Source: Candidatus Bathyarchaeota archaeon
GTDB taxonomy: Archaea > Thermoproteota > Bathyarchaeia > Bathyarchaeales > Bathycorpusculaceae
DNA: 64,000 nucleotides
NCBI GenBank assembly: GCA_963806535.1
Contig: CAWDYC010000004.1
Location: 96,001-160,000, forward strand
Direction: 5' to 3'
Shown here: positions 1 through 10,048 of the stretch, piece by piece
Position numbering within the stretch: the stretch's first letter is position 1
Layout: each line of letters starts with the position of its first letter
Notes under the pieces: generated by a model
Databases searched by the model: none
What the model was told of the DNA's origin: nothing
The model's input: only the letters and a program-made list of their open reading frames with translations
Position numbers and translations under genes: made by a program

Positions 1-227
1 ACGGAAACTTTGCTTTCGGATTAAAAGAACACATCGAAATTCCGGGCGTAAAATATGACCCAGAAATTGGCATATTTGGCATGGACGTTTGTGTATCTGT
101 GAATCGTCCAGGGCAACGAGTAAAGATTCGCAGAAAAGATCAGCAATCTATCGGTCGCAAGCATATGTTAACACCTGAAGAATCAATAGTCTTCGTCAAA
201 CAAACATTAGGAGTCCAAATCGAATAA
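1..227 (+). CDS. rpl5: 50S ribosomal protein L5 (uL5), 3' part
   Basis: Frame from nt 3 reads [29 protein letters not shown]...VQIE*, the uL5 C-terminal motif; precedes S14/S8. Confidence 0.95.
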   Translation, partial: GNFAFGLKEHIEIPGVKYDPEIGIFGMDVCVSVNRPGQRVKIRRKDQQSIGRKHMLTPEESIVFVKQTLGVQIE

Positions 228-243
228 ACCTGAGGATGAATGT

Positions 244-408
244 ATGGGAAAACAGCAACTGAAAAAAGAACGGAAATATGGCAAAGGCTCAAGACCATGT
301 GTAAGATGCGGCGCTTATGGGCCAGTTATTCGACGGTACAATTTATATTTATGTAGGCACTGTTTCAGAGAGGCAGCCCCAAAACTTGGGTTCAAAAAAT
401 ATGAGTAG
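244..408 (+). CDS. rps14: 30S ribosomal protein S14 (uS14, Zn-binding), not in ORF track
   Basis: Hand translation [54 protein letters not shown]; CxxC...CRxCFRE motif. Confidence 0.97.
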   Translation: MGKQQLKKERKYGKGSRPCVRCGAYGPVIRRYNLYLCRHCFREAAPKLGFKKYE

Positions 409-420
409 GAGCTAAAAAAT

Positions 421-804
421 ATGGACACTTTAACAAACGGTTTGATAACTATCAAAAATAATGAAACGCGAAATAAGCGTGAATGCATAATTAGCCCTGC
501 CTCTAAACTTCTGGGGCGAGTCCTACGCATAATGCAACTTAACGGTTACATAGGTGAATTCGAGTTCATAGACGATGGGCGCTCTGGAAAATTCAAGGTT
601 CAACTCTTAGGCAGAATCAATAAATGTGGACCAATTAAACCACGATACCCAGCCAAAGTAGGCGAGTTCGAAAATTGGGAAAAGAAGTATTTGCCCTCCA
701 GAGACGTCGGCATAATGGTTGTTTCCACTTCAAAAGGCGTAATAGCACACAAAGACGCTGAAGAAAAGAATCTTGGAGGAAGGCTCTTAGCCTTCGTATA
801 TTAA
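421..804 (+). CDS. rps8: 30S ribosomal protein S8
   Basis: Archaeal uS8 sequence ([26 protein letters not shown]); operon order. Confidence 0.97.
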   Translation: MDTLTNGLITIKNNETRNKRECIISPASKLLGRVLRIMQLNGYIGEFEFIDDGRSGKFKVQLLGRINKCGPIKPRYPAKVGEFENWEKKYLPSRDVGIMVVSTSKGVIAHKDAEEKNLGGRLLAFVY

Positions 805-816
805 GGAAGTGTAATT

Positions 817-1363
817 ATGCGGCTCCCAGAAATCTCTAAAACTATTCAAGTTCCAGATAACGTAAATGTAAGTCTAGATGGCAAAAAAGTCAACGTTAAA
901 GGCGCCAAAGGATCTTTAACGCGCGACTTCTCTTTCGCTACAATATGCAATCGAAGGCGACGGCAAAAATATTCGTATTTGGGCAAAGTGGCCTCGCAAA
1001 AAGGAAGCCGCTCTAGTAGGAACGATAGCCTCACACATTCAAAACATGATTACAGGCGTCACAAAAGGATACACATACAAGCTAAAAATCGTGTTTTCCC
1101 ACTTTCCAATCTCCGTAAAACTTCAAGGCAAATCTATTTTGATTGAAAACTTTACTGGGGAACGAAGAGCACGCAGCATAGATATAATTGGCGACGTCAA
1201 GGTGAAAATTGAACCTGACGACATCATTGTTGAAGGCATAAACTTGGAACATGTAAGCCAAACTGCCGCCAACATTGAACAAGCTACAAGAGTAAGAAAT
1301 AAGGATCCAAGAGTTTTCCTTGACGGCATATACGTTTACGAAAGAAATGAGGGTATTGCTTAA
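817..1363 (+). CDS. rpl6: 50S ribosomal protein L6 (frameshift near 945, probable sequencing indel)
   Basis: ORFs 817-1146 and 1046-1363 give N- and C-halves (KDPRVFLDGIYV). Confidence 0.95.
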
Positions 1364-1947
1364 TGGCCACTGAAAAGATCGAAAAGAAACCATCATTATC
1401 ACAAAAAGCACTTAAAGTTAGAGCTCGCGCTAAAAACAAGAAACCTAAATTCGTTAGAGCTGAAAGCTGGAAGTATGATAGATTCAGCGTAAGTTGGCGA
1501 AGACCCAGAGGATTAGACAACAAGATCCGACGAAAAATTAAAGGTTGGCCAGCTGGCGTAAGCGTTGGCTACAAAGGACCAAAAATTGCCAGAGGTTTAC
1601 ATCCATCAGGATACCGAGAAGTCTTAGTTTACAATGCCCAAGACATATCTACAGTTGACCCTACTACTCAAGCCGCACGCATCGCACATACAGTCGGCAA
1701 AAGAAAACGCGCATTAATTATTGCAGAAGCCAAGAAACTTAACGTTAAAATCTTAAACGTCAAAGTTTCAGCCGAACCTGAAGCAAAAGAAGAGGAAGCA
1801 GCCGAAGGGAAGAAGTCACAGAAGAACAACCGCAAACAGAAGAAGCCGTTGAAGACGAAAGAAGTCAAGGAAGAGAAGACAAAAAAGAAAGAGAAAGCAC
1901 CAAAGAAAACCAAACCTAAAACAAAGAAAGGAGAAGAAAAACAATGA
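1363..1947 (+). CDS. rpl32e: 50S ribosomal protein L32e with Lys/Glu-rich C-terminal extension
   Basis: WRRPRGLDNKIRR and RGLHPSGY motifs. Confidence 0.95.
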   Translation: MATEKIEKKPSLSQKALKVRARAKNKKPKFVRAESWKYDRFSVSWRRPRGLDNKIRRKIKGWPAGVSVGYKGPKIARGLHPSGYREVLVYNAQDISTVDPTTQAARIAHTVGKRKRALIIAEAKKLNVKILNVKVSAEPEAKEEEAAEGKKSQKNNRKQKKPLKTKEVKEEKTKKKEKAPKKTKPKTKKGEEKQ

Positions 1948-2400
1948 CCGACCTAAAAAGCCAAAGACGTTTAGCAGCTCAAATTTTAAAAATTGGGCAA
2001 AACCGCGTTTGGATAAATCCTGAACGTATGAGCGATGTTGAAGGTGCAATTACACGTGAAGAAGTAAGAAAACTTATTCACGAAAAAATCATTGTTTCAC
2101 AGCCTGAGAAAGGCGTAAGCCGATCCAGAGCAAAAGTCATCAGAGGGAAAAAGCTTCAAGGGCAGACGCAGTGGACCAGGCAGCATCACAGGTGCTGGCT
2201 ACGCAAAAGTCACAAAGAAAGAGGCTTGGATGCTAAAGATTCGCTCTCTAAGACGCAAACTTCGTGAGTTGAAAGCAAGCAGAATCATAACTGAAGAAAC
2301 ATACAGCCAATATTACAGAATGGCTGGCAGCGGCAGGTTCCAATCTATAGCTGAATTGGAACGTAACTTGAAAGCTAATGAATTATGGAGGAAACGTTAA
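1944..2400 (+). CDS. rpl19e: 50S ribosomal protein L19e (frameshift near 2145)
   Basis: MTDLKSQRRLAAQIL...; second frame GRRSGPGSITG...WMLKIRSLRRKL...WRKR* ends 2400. Confidence 0.95.
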
Positions 2401-3281
2401 TGGCAAAAAGCAGCAATTACCGAGTAAAATTAAGACGCAGACGCGAAGGAAAAACTGATTACCAAGCACGTAAGGCACTAGTTGTTTCTGGAAAGCCTAG
2501 GCTTGTTACTCGAACTGCAAACAGAAACATTACAGTACAAATATCAATTGCTAAATCGCATGGAGATGAAGTTTTAGCTGCAGCTAACAGCCGTGAACTC
2601 GTCAAAAGTTACGGTTGGAAAGCAGCAACTGGAAACATTCCAGCAGCTTACCTTACCGGTTTCCTTTGCGGTTTAAAAGCCAAAACTAACGGCATTAAAG
2701 AAGCAATCTTAGATATTGGTTTAGTTGCTCCAACGAAAGGCGCCAAAATTTTCGCTGCTTTAAGCGGAGTTTTAGATGCTGGTGTGGATGTTCCTCACAG
2801 CGAAGAAAAGATTGTTAAGGAACGCATGAAGGGCGAACACATAGCTAAATATGCTAAGAGTTTAGGTGCCGGCTCCGAAGAATACACAGCTAAATTCTCA
2901 AAGTACAATGCTCAAGGTATTGCACCTGAAAAAATCTCTGAGCACTTCGCCAAGGTTAAAGCCACAATTACAGATTCATTTAAGACTGGAAAACAGGTAA
3001 TTCCAAAGATAGAGAAAGAAGCACCTGCAGAAAAAGTTCCTGAGAAAAAAGCGGAAAAGGCAGAGGAGTTACCAGCGAAAGCTCCTGAACCAAAGAAACC
3101 AGAAGCAAAGAAAGCAGTAACCAAGAAGCCTGCCGCTAAAAAAGAAGCTGCAAAAGGAAGAAGCTCCAGTAGACAAAGGAAAAGGCGCCTGCTAAGAAAG
3201 CAGTCAAAGCCAAAAACAGCAGCAAAGGAACCAACTGCACCAAAAGAAAAGGCAAGTAAGAAAGGTGGAAAGAAAGCATGA
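2400..3281 (+). CDS. rpl18: 50S ribosomal protein L18 with long K/A/P/E-rich C-terminal extension
   Basis: RRRREGKTDY and GNIPAAYLTG motifs; start overlaps rpl19e stop. Confidence 0.95.
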   Translation: MAKSSNYRVKLRRRREGKTDYQARKALVVSGKPRLVTRTANRNITVQISIAKSHGDEVLAAANSRELVKSYGWKAATGNIPAAYLTGFLCGLKAKTNGIKEAILDIGLVAPTKGAKIFAALSGVLDAGVDVPHSEEKIVKERMKGEHIAKYAKSLGAGSEEYTAKFSKYNAQGIAPEKISEHFAKVKATITDSFKTGKQVIPKIEKEAPAEKVPEKKAEKAEELPAKAPEPKKPEAKKAVTKKPAAKKEAAKGRSSSRQRKRRLLRKQSKPKTAAKEPTAPKEKASKKGGKKA

Positions 3282-3300
3282 GTCGAACTGGGAAATCGAC

Positions 3301-3936
3301 ATGGGAAGTGACAGAAAACCTAACTTAGAAGAATGGGTTCCTAAAACCCGTTTGGGCAAAATGATTCAGGAAGGCAAAATAACAACTATTGAAGATGTCT
3401 TCTTAAGCGGGATAAAGATTTCTGAATCCCAAATAGTTGATTCATTAATTCCTGACCTTCAAGAAGAAGTCATCAACGTTAACTTGGTACAGAAACAAAC
3501 TGACGCTGGCGAAAAATCTCGATTCAAAGCTATAGTTGCAGTTGGAAACAGAGACGGCTACATTGGCTTAGGATCAGGAAAAGCCAGCCAAGTGCGAAAT
3601 GCAATTGAGAAGGCTGCTGCGAACGCTCGCTTAAACATTGTTCCAGTAAAACGCGGATGCGGAAGTTGGGAATGCGGTTGCGGTAAACCACATTCAGTTC
3701 CATTCCAAGTTGAAGGAAAATGCGGCGGTGTCCGAGTAGTTATTGTTCCAGGGCCAAGAGGCTTAGGCTTAGTTTCAAGTGAAGTTGCAAAAGTCATCTT
3801 AGGTTTAGCAGGCGTTAAAGACCTGTGGATGAGAAGTTACGGATCAACAAGAACAGTTCCCTCTTACGCATGTGCAATCTTTGACGGATTAAGAAAAACC
3901 TATAATTTGATTACTCAAGTGGACTGGGTGAAGTAA
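3301..3936 (+). CDS. rps5: 30S ribosomal protein S5 (true start may be ATG 3278 with an indel)
   Basis: WVPKTRLG, QKQTDAGEKSRF, RGCGSWECGCG motifs. Confidence 0.96.
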   Translation: MGSDRKPNLEEWVPKTRLGKMIQEGKITTIEDVFLSGIKISESQIVDSLIPDLQEEVINVNLVQKQTDAGEKSRFKAIVAVGNRDGYIGLGSGKASQVRNAIEKAAANARLNIVPVKRGCGSWECGCGKPHSVPFQVEGKCGGVRVVIVPGPRGLGLVSSEVAKVILGLAGVKDLWMRSYGSTRTVPSYACAIFDGLRKTYNLITQVDWVK

Positions 3937-3937
3937 A

Positions 3938-4427
3938 ATGGCGCAGAAAACAGAACAATGCAGAAGCCTAGTCGTCGTCAAAATCAGAGGAACAGTGCGT
4001 GCACAAAAAGAAACAAGAGAAACCCTTGAGTTCCTCCATTTAGTTCACACAAACCATGCCGTACTCATAGACAGCCGCGCAGCCTACATGGGAATGCTGC
4101 AACGCGTAAACAGCTACATTACCTATGGCGAACCAACAAAAGAACTCGTTGCCATGATGCTTCAGAAACGCGCAAGATTAGAAGGCGACAAAAAACTAAC
4201 AGACGAATACATCCAGAAAATAGGCTACAAATCAATCGATGACCTCGCAGAAGCAATCGTAAATTGCAAAGTGCAATATCCAAAAGCTTCCAGACATAGA
4301 GCCACGATTTAAGCTACATCCACCAAGCAAAGGCTACAAAGGCAAAACCAAAAAGGGCTTCAAAGCAGGTGGCGAAGCAGGCTACCGCGGAGAAGCAATC
4401 AACGACCTAGTAAAACGCATGGTCTAA
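3938..4427 (+). CDS. rpl30: 50S ribosomal protein L30 (frameshift near 4275)
   Basis: N-half in ORF track; second frame [12 protein letters not shown]...[15 protein letters not shown] ends 4427. Confidence 0.93.
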
Positions 4428-4722
4428 GACCTGCTTTACTTTCAATTTGTTTTCTTTATGTTTCTTAATCATTTTTGGCTTAGGCATATTTTCTTGAAAA
4501 ATTAATTCAAATTAGTTAATGAGTAAATCACTCATTTTATTGTTTTTCAATTCTGTTTAAGGCATAGTAGAGCCGTGTTCTCTGCGAAATATGCGTTTAA
4601 TGATCATTTTCATGGACAGATTGCTTGGGAGGAATTGAGTGTTTTCTCACCCTTTATGTGCGATACATTTTATAATACCTCTGAAGAAATCCGTTAGTTA
4701 ATTGGAGGGGGAAAGACCACAT

Positions 4723-5181
4723 ATGAGCGCAAAATGGCGAAGAACTACCAAAAACCGCAAATGGCTAGATTTTAAACAAGAACCTGCAAAAAGTAAAAAA
4801 CCAAAAGTAACCAAACCCGAACATGCATACCATGTAAAATCAATAGCTGTTCCCCCGAGTTTTCGGCCATCCAAAAACTATGCAGAACGTAAACTGCAAG
4901 AGCCAAAACCATTAATAGATATATTCCAAGAGAACAACTTTATCACTATAGTTGCGGAAATAGCTGGTTTCAATAAAGAAACTCTTAAAATTCACGTAAA
5001 AGACCAGAAACTTACGCTTTCGGCAAAGTCAAAAGACCGCAGATACTATAAAAGTTTAAATCTTCCGAAGGTAGTGATTCCAGACGTTATGTACACCAAA
5101 TTCAAGAATGGTGTGCTCGAAATCAAGCTTAAAAAAGCTGAAACTGCAATAAATAAAGAAGCTGATCAAAATGCCACATAA
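4723..5181 (+). CDS. Hsp20/alpha-crystallin family small heat-shock protein
   Basis: EPKPLIDIF..., LNLPKVV, FKNGVLEIKLKK alpha-crystallin signature. Confidence 0.85.
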   Translation: MSAKWRRTTKNRKWLDFKQEPAKSKKPKVTKPEHAYHVKSIAVPPSFRPSKNYAERKLQEPKPLIDIFQENNFITIVAEIAGFNKETLKIHVKDQKLTLSAKSKDRRYYKSLNLPKVVIPDVMYTKFKNGVLEIKLKKAETAINKEADQNAT

Positions 5182-5596
5182 ACTTAGAAAAATACGAAAA
5201 TTTAGAGGTTCAAGAACACAGGGTTACGGTAGGATAGGTCAACATCGAGACAGTGGCTCCAAAGGGCATAGAAAAGTTGGAAGACATAAGCACTTGTGGA
5301 GTTGGGTTGTAACCCATGAGCCTGACTACTTTGGCAAGAACGGATTTACTTCACGCCAAAGCATTCACAGTCACGAAAAACCGATAAACCTGATAAAGGT
5401 AGAAGAAATTGCGCGAACAAGCCAGGGGGAAAAACCACAGATTAATCTGACCGCCTTAGGTTACACAAAACTTCTTGGCACAGGAAAAGTCACAAAACCC
5501 CTAACCATACATGTTGCCACATTCTCGAAGTCAGCAGCTGAAAAGATTAAGGAAGCAGGCGGAGAAATCATAAGCTCCCAAGCTAACGGAGAGTAA
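5171..5596 (+). CDS. rpl15: 50S ribosomal protein L15
   Basis: RGSRTQGYGRIGQHR, YFGKNGF, KIKEAGG. Confidence 0.96.
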   Translation: MPHKLRKIRKFRGSRTQGYGRIGQHRDSGSKGHRKVGRHKHLWSWVVTHEPDYFGKNGFTSRQSIHSHEKPINLIKVEEIARTSQGEKPQINLTALGYTKLLGTGKVTKPLTIHVATFSKSAAEKIKEAGGEIISSQANGE

Positions 5597-5605
5597 AGCT
5601 GCTAA

Positions 5606-7025
5606 ATGCCCGGAAGATTCCTCGGTCTCTTTAAACCACTTGGTAGAGTTCTGCCTGAAGTTAAAAAGCCCGAGCGAAAAGTTAGTTTTAACGAAAAAAT
5701 CTTCTGGACAGCCCTTGTCTTAGTTATTTTCCTTGTAATGACTCAAATCCCGCTTTTCGGGGTTGCCCAATCAGCGCAAGACCAATTTGGCTCATTAAGA
5801 GTTATTTTTGCTTCTAACCGTGGAACACTAATGGAGTTAGGCATTGGACCTATAGTCACGGCTGGTTTGATTTTGCAGTTACTTGCAGGTTCAAACATTA
5901 TCGAATGTGACATGTCAAATTCTGAAGACAGAGGACTATTCACTTCTGCAAGTAAAGTCTTCACAGTTGTTCTTACTGGTATTCAAGGTGCAGCCTACAT
6001 CATAAGCGGCATGTACGGGGCAATTTCGGGGCCAGTGTCAATTATAATATTCTTCCAATTGATAGCCGCAGGCATAATCGTTATGTTAATGGATGAACTT
6101 GTTCAGAAAGGCTGGGGTCTTAGGCAGTGGAATCAGCTTATTCATCATGGCTGGTGTTGCCCAATCAGTTGTCTGGGACACATTTTCACCGACTACCGGC
6201 TTGTTGGTTGGTTCTCTTTCAAATTTCCTGCAAGGCGGACAGACAGCGATTACAATGGGCGTTTGGCCAAGTTAACGGAATTTACCCATCTTTGCTCGGA
6301 TTCTTCGCCACAATCGGCGTCTTCTTACTGGTTATTTATTTGAACGGTATCAGAATTGAGCTTCCAATGAGTTACGCAGGATACAAAGGCTTCAGAAGCA
6401 AATATCCAATTAAACTGCTGTACGTGTCAAACCTTCCAGTCATATTTGCGTCAGCATTATTTGCAAACGTTTACTTCTTCGCACAATTGCTCTGGAGCAC
6501 CAATGGGACGACCTGTACCTGGAACAAATCTTTTATTCCAGATAATAGGCGACTTCAGCTACAACGCCACATCAGGTGCAGTTAAACCTGTAGGCGGCAT
6601 CACTTACCTTGTCACTGCACCAACAAACATCCAGCAAGTTGCACTTGACCCATTAAGAGCCGCAGCTTACCTGGGAATTATTGTCGCTTTCTGCGCCGTC
6701 TTCTCTTTAATTTGGCTTGAAGTCGGCGGTTTAGGTCCTGCAAAAGTTGCAAAGCAACTTATGGATTCAGGCATGCAGATTCCAGGTTACCGCAGATCAG
6801 GAAGACCAATCGAAGCTGTCCTTAAACGGTATATTCCTGTAGTCACAGTATCTAGGCGGAATCATTGTAGGGCTTGTGGTTGGCATGTCAGATTTCCTTG
6901 GCGCGTACGGTACCGGCACAGGAATCTTGCTGTCAGTGGGTATAATTTACCAGTATTATGAGTTGCTAATGCGTGAGAGAGCAGCGGAGATGTTCCCGGC
7001 ATTCCGAAGAATCATTGGAGACTAG
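5606..7025 (+). CDS. secY: Preprotein translocase SecY (several frameshifts)
   Basis: GTLMELGIGPIVTAG, YPIKLLYVSNLPVI, MQIPGYRRS, GTGTGILLSVG segments across frames; stop 7023-7025. Confidence 0.95.
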
Positions 7026-7190
7026 TGTACCAACTCCTTAAACAACAATCAAAATTTCTTTTTTTAATAATTTTGGTTGAATTTAGATTAGTCTCTAATT
7101 TGAACTCTCTTTTCAAGCTCTCTTAAAATGTTGTTCTCTCTGTTTTGGGTTGCTTTTTTGTGGCAAAGCTTAAACCGTTTGCAGGTTGCG

Positions 7191-7262
7191 GTGTAAAAAG
7201 GTTCGAAAGGGTCCAAAAAGGTTCAACGAGGTCCAAAAGGATCTGGAAAGGTCTGTTGAGGT
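7191..7262 (+). repeat. Imperfect 10-bp-period tandem repeat (about 7 units)
   Basis: gtgtaaaaag/gttcgaaagg/gtccaaaaag/gttcaacgag/gtccaaaagg/atctggaaag/gtctgttgag. Confidence 0.75.
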
Positions 7263-7563
7263 TATTGCTAAATTAATATGTTATTTTCAAAATTTTTACT
7301 GCAGCAACCAGATCGCTTGCAAGTGCCCAGGTTTTTCCAAGTCAAAATTTAAGTGAAAATTAGCTTTGGTTTTAAAAGCCAATGTGACTAATTATCATTG
7401 CTTTTTTATTTATTTAATCCATTGTTACAAAGTTTTTATGAAGGTCCTTGGGAGGTAACCTGAAAAATACGTTTTTATTAACTAAGTTCTAAGCCTAGAA
7501 GCAAAAACGGTTATTAACAAGGAAACAAGATACGCATACGCATAAGTCAAGAGGAAAAATGCG

Positions 7564-8095
7564 ATGTCTTTAGCAATCACTTCGATTGCCTTTGGCAACA
7601 ATCATAATTATGGTTATTGCAGCGGCCATTGCGTTCATAAACTCTGGAATAAACAGGGTTTTAATCAATTATTTCGTTGGTTGGGAACAATACCGAGTTA
7701 TGCAGAAAGAAATGTCTGAATACCGTTCAGAAACCATGAAAGCGATGCGCGCAAATGACAAAAAACAGGTTGAGAAACTCAAAAAGAAAGAGTCACAAGT
7801 AAAAAATATGCAGGCCAAAATGGTTAAGCCTCAAATGGTTCAGTTCGGCATCTCTTTCGTTTACTTAATTGTGTGGTTTTTAGTCTTAACTCCAACTTTT
7901 CACACAGCTCCGATGGCTTACATACCTGGTATCGGAACAATTGCTGGTGCAATACACTGGGATTTCGTTAAAAATGTCACTGTTGGATCGGCAATTCCAA
8001 ATGCAATTCCTGTGTTCTACTGGTACCCCATCTGCTCGTTCTTCTTCGGCTTGCTCTCATCACGTGTACTAGGCATAATGCCCATTGAACCTTAA
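7564..8095 (+). CDS. EMC3/TMCO1 (DUF106, Oxa1 superfamily) membrane protein
   Basis: TM-coiled coil-TM layout, FYWYPICSFFF motif, usual position after secY; ATG 7564 needs an indel, alternative TTG 7586. Confidence 0.85.
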
Positions 8096-8118
8096 TGCAG
8101 AAAGCAGGGTGGCACCTA

Positions 8119-8727
8119 ATGGATAAAAACACAAAATTCTGCTCCACTGGCAAAAAAACAGTAATCTGCATTTCGGGAATGGCTGGAACTGGAAAAAGCA
8201 CTTTATCTAAAAAACTTGCAGAAAAATACCATCTGAGTTGTTATTCAGGCGGTGACGCTCTCAAAGAACTTGCCAACGCAGAAGGATATGATGCTTCCCG
8301 CCAAGGCTGGTGGGAAAGCCCTGAAGGCTTAAAATTTCTTAACGAAAGAGTAAATGACCCTAAATTTGACAAAGCAGTAGACGCCAAGCTCATTGAATAT
8401 GCGCAGCAGGGAAACGTGCTCTTGGATAGTTGGACTATGCCTTGGTTGCTTAAAGAAGGCTTTAAAATTTGGTTGCTGGCTTCGCCTGAGAAGAGAGCGG
8501 CAAGAGTTGCTGAACGCGATAAGATAACTTTTGATGAAGCACTCAAAGTGTTGAAGGAAAAAGAAGATAGAACAAAGGCAATTTACAAGAAGCTTTATGG
8601 TTTTGCTTTAGGTGAAGATTTAGCGCCGTTTGATTTGATTTTAGATACTGATAATTTAAGTGCAGATGAGGTTTTTGAGGTTCTTTGCAAAGTAATAAGT
8701 AATGTTGTTCTTTCTGTTCCGTCCTGA
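8119..8727 (+). CDS. cmk: Cytidylate kinase
   Basis: P-loop ISGMAGTGKST; RAARVAERD; operon position. Confidence 0.9.
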   Translation: MDKNTKFCSTGKKTVICISGMAGTGKSTLSKKLAEKYHLSCYSGGDALKELANAEGYDASRQGWWESPEGLKFLNERVNDPKFDKAVDAKLIEYAQQGNVLLDSWTMPWLLKEGFKIWLLASPEKRAARVAERDKITFDEALKVLKEKEDRTKAIYKKLYGFALGEDLAPFDLILDTDNLSADEVFEVLCKVISNVVLSVPS

Positions 8728-8769
8728 TCAAGTTTTACGCAAAATTTCTTTATTGCTTAAAAATACAAC

Positions 8770-8832
8770 TTACAAATTTTGACTCCCCACTCCAAAAATG
8801 TTCTCTAAAAGATTGGGAGTCAAATTTTGTAA
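8770..8832. repeat. 18-bp inverted repeat with 27-nt spacer between convergent genes
   Basis: TTACAAATTTTGACTCCC (8770-8787) / GGGAGTCAAATTTTGTAA (8815-8832), one mismatch. Confidence 0.75.
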
Positions 8833-8849
8833 ACTGGGAGGGCTCAAAT

Positions 8850-9896
8850 TTATTTGAAAAGTAACTTTGCGTTTTTCCACTGGTCCAAAGCCAACGATAA
8901 ATAACCAGTTGGGCTTCCCTGAAGTGAATAGAAAACATAGCAGAGATAGCTGCATTGTGTACAATTAGAATAAGTTTCTCGTAATTGCTTGAATTCTTGG
9001 CTGTTCCATTTCTTAGGCAAATCAAATATTGATGCTGCAGAATTGTGGCTATGGCATCCTGCAATTCTGCCTAAATGATCAACAACTAAAAAGTTACTTA
9101 GCGCTTTGCATTTCCATGTTCTTCCATCTTCCCCATAGAAGCTTCTTACCGTTTTCAGAAGCTTGTTTGTCATGAGAATTTTTTTATTTTTCTTTTTCAT
9201 TTCAATTAGAGAATTGCAAAGTTTAACCATGGCTTGATTATCTTTTATGACGAATTCATCGTCTGCTTTGCCAATCCTGAAAAGCTGTTTTTCATCCATT
9301 GAAAGATCATAGGAGTAAAGACAGTACCAGACTGGAATTCCTTTTTGAGTAAAATAATTAGTAATATCAACTATTTCATACATGTTCTTCTGTGAAATCG
9401 TTGGAGTAACACTAACGCTGATTCCCTCGTTTTGAAGGATTTCAACGGCTTCCATTGCTTTTTTCCATGCACCTGGCACAGCTTTTATGGAATCGTTTTT
9501 TGCTTCATCTAAACTATCTATCGAAATTGCCACAAAATCGACGTTTCGCAAAGAATCAATTTTTTCTGCAGCCAGGCTTCCATTATCACAAACGGTTGTG
9601 ACAAAACTCTTTGAGGCATAATCAAGTATTTCGCCGATGTCATCCCTCAATAATGGCTCTCCGCCTGATAAAACAAGATCAACTACACCCATTTTTTTTA
9701 GAATATCTAATCCTTTTTTTATTTCAGATGTTTCAAGTTCTCTTGGATCTTGTTCCTTCCAGACATTGCAGCCTGCACAGCGGTAGTTGCATTTTCTTGT
9801 GATTAACCATTGAGCATGGTGAGGCTTACCGGGAGCAAGTGCACGTGTTGCTATTGATGCTGCTTTTTTCATACCTGTCGTCAAATAAGTTGTCAC
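8850..9896 (-). CDS. Radical SAM protein with SPASM/twitch-like C-terminal Cys cluster
   Basis: CNYRCAGC motif, SGGEPLLR, C-terminal C...C...CTQCSYLC. Confidence 0.9.
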   Translation of the reverse strand: MTTYLTTGMKKAASIATRALAPGKPHHAQWLITRKCNYRCAGCNVWKEQDPRELETSEIKKGLDILKKMGVVDLVLSGGEPLLRDDIGEILDYASKSFVTTVCDNGSLAAEKIDSLRNVDFVAISIDSLDEAKNDSIKAVPGAWKKAMEAVEILQNEGISVSVTPTISQKNMYEIVDITNYFTQKGIPVWYCLYSYDLSMDEKQLFRIGKADDEFVIKDNQAMVKLCNSLIEMKKKNKKILMTNKLLKTVRSFYGEDGRTWKCKALSNFLVVDHLGRIAGCHSHNSAASIFDLPKKWNSQEFKQLRETYSNCTQCSYLCYVFYSLQGSPTGYLSLALDQWKNAKLLFK

Positions 9897-10048
9897 TAGC
9901 CGATTTATTGTGTTAGTGTATCTTCAGTTGGAACTATAAAAACCATTATCCGCAATAAAACAAAATATTTTTTTTGGTCGCAAGACTGATTTTGTTTAGA
10001 TGTTTGCAAGGAACTGTTTTTAAGAATGTACTTCTGGTATTGCTATAG

